Positions 60,395 to 64,000 of a stretch of 64,000 nt of DNA are shown here, piece by piece. Every line of letters begins with the position of its first letter. The stretch's first letter is position 1. The stretch covers positions 248,001-312,000 of the forward strand of contig MU059441.1 of assembly GCA_013265495.1 (NCBI GenBank). Reading direction: 5' to 3'. The notes beneath the pieces were generated by a model, which worked only from the letters and a program-made list of their open reading frames with translations, did no database searches and was not told where the DNA came from. The DNA comes from Vicugna vicugna (taxonomy: Eukaryota). The translations under genes and the position numbers were made by a program.

Positions 60395-60530
60395 AAACCT
60401 GTTTCTGGCCCTCACCTGCTGTGAGGCCTCCTCCTTGAGCCTCAGTTTCCCCATCTGTCAAATGGGAGTAATAACAGTTTCTACCGCCAGGAGTCAGCGT
60501 GTCAGTGAGCAAAGCATGGGCACGGTGCTC
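60395..60530 (+). mobile_element. MIR
   Basis: tgagcctcagtttccccatctgtcaaatgggagtaataacag. Confidence 0.6.
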
Positions 60531-62076
60531 CCTGGCCTGAGTCTGTGGGCCTGGCCGCACCCAGTACTTCCTGTCCAGCTCCCCACCTCCCCACTGAGAC
60601 CCGTGCAGCCCGGGCTCTTCCAGCCCACGTGCAGTGGGTGCTGGGGTGTTGGGTTGGTCCTCACACAGGCCCCCTGGGCTGGGACCCCGTGGGCGTGGGC
60701 CCCGGGCTCTCCCCACTTGTGGGCAGCTCACCCTCTCCGCTTCCCTCCCCTCCACGCCCAGCAGGTTTGCTGTGAGCTGTTTCACATGCCCAGCTGTTTC
60801 CCTGCATGTCTGTTTCTCCTCCCGGTTGCTGTCCCGGCCCTTGTGTGTAGTTCTGTCTGTCCGTCTGTCTCAGCTCCCCTCAGCAGCCCCACCTTCCTCC
60901 CGCCACTCTCCCGGCTCTGTCCATCTCTCTCTCTAACCTCTTGCTATTTTTGTTTCCTTTTCTAAGCAGAACCCGCCTGCGGTTTTGCCTGTGGCTGCTC
61001 TGGGCTGGCCCAAGCCCACCCCCCAAGGCCTGCCTGCCTGGCTCTCCTGGCCTGTCTGCTCCGTGGTGCCTCTGGTAGGGGGGCCTGGGACCTGGAGCCA
61101 GTGGAGGGGCTGGGGGGGCAGAGACGCAGGCAAGAGGGCCTGGGCCATGGGAGTGGAGGCTGCAGGCTGCCTCCACACGGCGAGTTGGGGGCTGAGCTAG
61201 GGCGACCCCTACCCGCAGAGCCCTGGCCTCCATCCGTGCGGGGTTGAGGGCTGGACCCAGGGAGTCCGAGGCATTCCCCTCAGACCCTGCTAGACCCATC
61301 TGACCCCCTGCCCAGCCAGCCTGCCCACCCTGTGGGACCACGGTTCTGCTCTGCACGGTGGCCGGGGTGGCACTGGGCAGGGTGGCCAGCCCTGTAATCA
61401 CTGGCCTCAGCTATTCTGGGCCTCTGGCCCTCCACCCACTGGCTCCCAGGGTCTGGTGGGGGACCCAGTGTCCTGCAGGCTGTGGTCTGGCCAGGAAACA
61501 GGCCCACACAAGGCCTGCTGCTTCCAGAAGGCTGGGTGCTGGGCCCAGGGCAGATACGGCCTGGCTTTGCTCACCCTCCACCCCCACCACCCCAGTGGGC
61601 ACCAGCCCTTCCACAGTCCCCAGCTGTGTCCCCTAGGGGAGCTCATCCCCTCCCTGCAGGGCAGCACGGTGGACCCCTCCTCCCAGGGCCGTGCACAGAG
61701 CTGTGTGAGGGTAGTGCCCGGGGCTCCCAGGGCCACTGCACCTGGGCCCCGCCCCTAGGGCCTCCCCGTACCCTGAGGGGCCAGCCAATCGCGCTGCCTT
61801 CTCTGTCAGCTCATCTGATGCCAGCGACTTTCCTGGGATGTGTCCAGCTGCCAGGAGACAGAGGTTCACGTCTTGGGACCATGATGACCCCATGACACAG
61901 GCTCGCCCTGAGGGCCTAACTCCTCCACGTGCCTTGGTCACAGGAGAGCCCAGACCTTGTTCTGGGGACACTGGAGTGGGAGGGCCCTGAGGCGGCCTGG
62001 ACTGTGGCTGTCAGGTGCACATGGAGGGCTCTGGAGGTTTCATTCATCAAACAGCCTCCACCAGGCTTTGCTCGCA

Positions 62077-62236
62077 GCAGTTCTGTGTGTCCCGGACCAG
62101 CAGAACATTGCTGGACGGTCAGAAATGCAGATTCCTGGGCCCGCTCCAGACCTGCTGAGCCGGAACCTCAGCGTGGGGGCCCAGCTCTCTATGCTGCAAC
62201 AGCCCAGGCCCGCGAGCATTTGACAACACCGCCTGT
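62077..62236 (+). mobile_element. MER5A-like hAT-Charlie DNA transposon
   Basis: cccggaccagcag...agaaatgcagattcctgggccc...ccagacctgctgag. Confidence 0.7.
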
Positions 62237-62559
62237 GGTCAGGTTGCCGACAGATCAGTTCATCAAATTGTCCAAGTTTATTTGTTTGCCAAAAACTTGT
62301 CTTAAGGAAAACTCTTGGATCTTGGCAGCATTTTAAAGACTCTTCATTGTGTTGAAAGCCAAGGATCCTGGAAAAATTCAATCTTCTTATGAATATACTA
62401 TTTTCTCATATAATCTTGAATTCCTGAAGCCATTCTTCTTATGAATGTTCCATACTCTTACGAATTCAACAACTTACTGATACTCATTGAATATATTTAC
62501 ATTTGTAAACTAAATGTACATAAAATGTTCTTGGATATATTATTTTTTGATCAATATTT

Positions 62560-62880
62560 TTCTTTATTTTTACTGAGAGAATACTCTCATTCCATAAAAT
62601 TCACTTTTCAGAGGGCACGATTCGGTGGTTTTTAGCATAGTAAAAGCTGTGCAATGTCACCACTGTGTAATTCCAGAACGTCACATCAGCAGTGCCCCCC
62701 GGAGCCGTGGGACCACTCATGTGCTGTCTGTCTCTATGGAATTGTCTGCTCAGGACACTTCGTGTGGGTGGAGCCAAACACCACCCAGGCTCTTGTGACT
62801 GGCTTTTTTCACCCAGTACCATGGTACAAGGTCACCCACGTGGTGGCAGGTGGCAGGTCTTCATTCATTTGTACGCCATT
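62560..62880 (-). mobile_element. LINE-1 3' end (L1MB-like)
   Basis: ataaaattcactttt...tggtttttagcata...tgtcaccact, tgtgactggcttttttcac. Confidence 0.65.
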
Positions 62881-62904
62881 ATGTGTGTTAGCTGTGGGTT
62901 CTTC

Positions 62905-63700
62905 CCAGATGGCCTTGATCAGTGTGATGAAGTTCCTGTCAACTCCCAGTTTTAGTTTCTCACCATGAAAGGTACTGGATTTTGTGCAGTTTTTTCTGCA
63001 CGTACTGATGATCACACGGCTTTTTCTTTATCCTATTAATACGGTGTATTGCCTTGGTTGATATTTGCATGTTGAGCCATCCTTGCCTTCCTGGAATGAG
63101 TCTCACTTGGCCATGGTGTACAACCGTTTTTATATGCTGATGGACTCACAGCATCGGTATTTTGTAGAGGATTTCGCATCTATATTCGTAAGAGACATTG
63201 GTATATAGCTTTCCTTCCTTGGGACAGTCTTCATTTGATTTTGGTGTCAAGGTAATACTGGGCTCATATAATGAACTGAGAAGTGTTCCTTTCTTTCTTT
63301 TTGTTGGTTGGTTTGTTTTTTGAAGAATTTGGAAGAGATCGGTGTTAATTTTTCCTTAAATATTTAGTAATGTTCACCAGTGAAGCCATCTGATCCTGGG
63401 CTTTTCTTTGTGGGAATTTTTTTAAATGATTAATTGCATCTCATTACTTGTCATATGTCTACTGAGATTTCAGCAATCTGTGTCTTTCTAGAAATTCATC
63501 CATGTCATATAGGTTAAATTTGCTGTCGTACAGCTGTGCATATCACATGCTGACAGCCCTTTCTTATATTCTGTAAGGTCCAGTACTAACATCTCCTCTT
63601 TTACCTCCACTTTTAGTAATTTGAGTCTTCATTCTTTTTTACCTTGGTCAGTCTATCCAGAGATCTTCCAATTTTGGTGATATTTTAAAAGACTGCATTT
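62905..63700 (-). mobile_element. Old LINE-1 ORF2 fragment, non-coding
   Basis: gagccatccttgccttcctggaatgagtctcacttggccatggtg, caccagtgaagccatctgatcctgggcttttctttgtgg. Confidence 0.8.
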
Positions 63701-64000
63701 TATTTTATTAGTTTATTAAGTACAATCATAGTTAAGAAGAACACGATTGAGAAGCACAAGGTCATGAACCTACCCTTACTTACACTGACTATGTTACTAA
63801 GACTATGTTCACATTAATTAAATATGTTGGAGGATATTCCTTAGAAACACATTTTGAGTAGAAGAATAAGCTCAGAAAGCAGAGTTTCTGGTAGTTTTAG
63901 GAAGACTGAGGAATGCACAGCAATGAGACAAGAAGACAGCGTCCCTACCGATGGAGACCTCCAGCCTGGGGGCAGCAAAGCCTGCCTTTGCCAAGTGGTG

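Noticed and set aside
1-64000. Prokaryote-type systems (CRISPR arrays, operons, defence islands, intact transposases or reverse transcriptases)
   Set aside because: Sequence is spliced mammalian DNA; no repeat-spacer array or intact mobile-element ORF seen

Overview
GC- and CpG-rich mammalian genomic DNA, not prokaryotic. It contains three recognisable spliced genes in the order I recall for human 3q21.3. ZXDC (minus strand) is present as coding exons 1-7, with all ten C2H2 fingers intact, a 109-N assembly gap inside exon 1, and the last exons lying left of the window. UROC1 (urocanate hydratase, minus strand) is complete: 20 exons, all introns GT-AG, 2031 nt = 676 aa plus stop. CHST13 (plus strand) is present as coding exon 1 only, head-to-head with UROC1. 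A tRNA-derived SINE with target-site duplications resembles the camelid Vic-1 family, so the source is probably a camel, alpaca or llama (inference). The rest is introns and intergenic DNA with old L1, L2, MIR, MER21, MLT and DNA-transposon relics; repeat names come from recalled consensus sequences and their boundaries are approximate. Nearly all short ORFs in the supplied track are GC-rich noise. I found no convincing novel biological system. Best leads: an intron-6 polyadenylation isoform of ZXDC, a window-wide AT-to-GC substitution bias in repeats and proteins, a young SINE, Z-DNA tracts around the CHST13 CpG island, a CTCF-like site, and a candidate 32-nt cassette exon.
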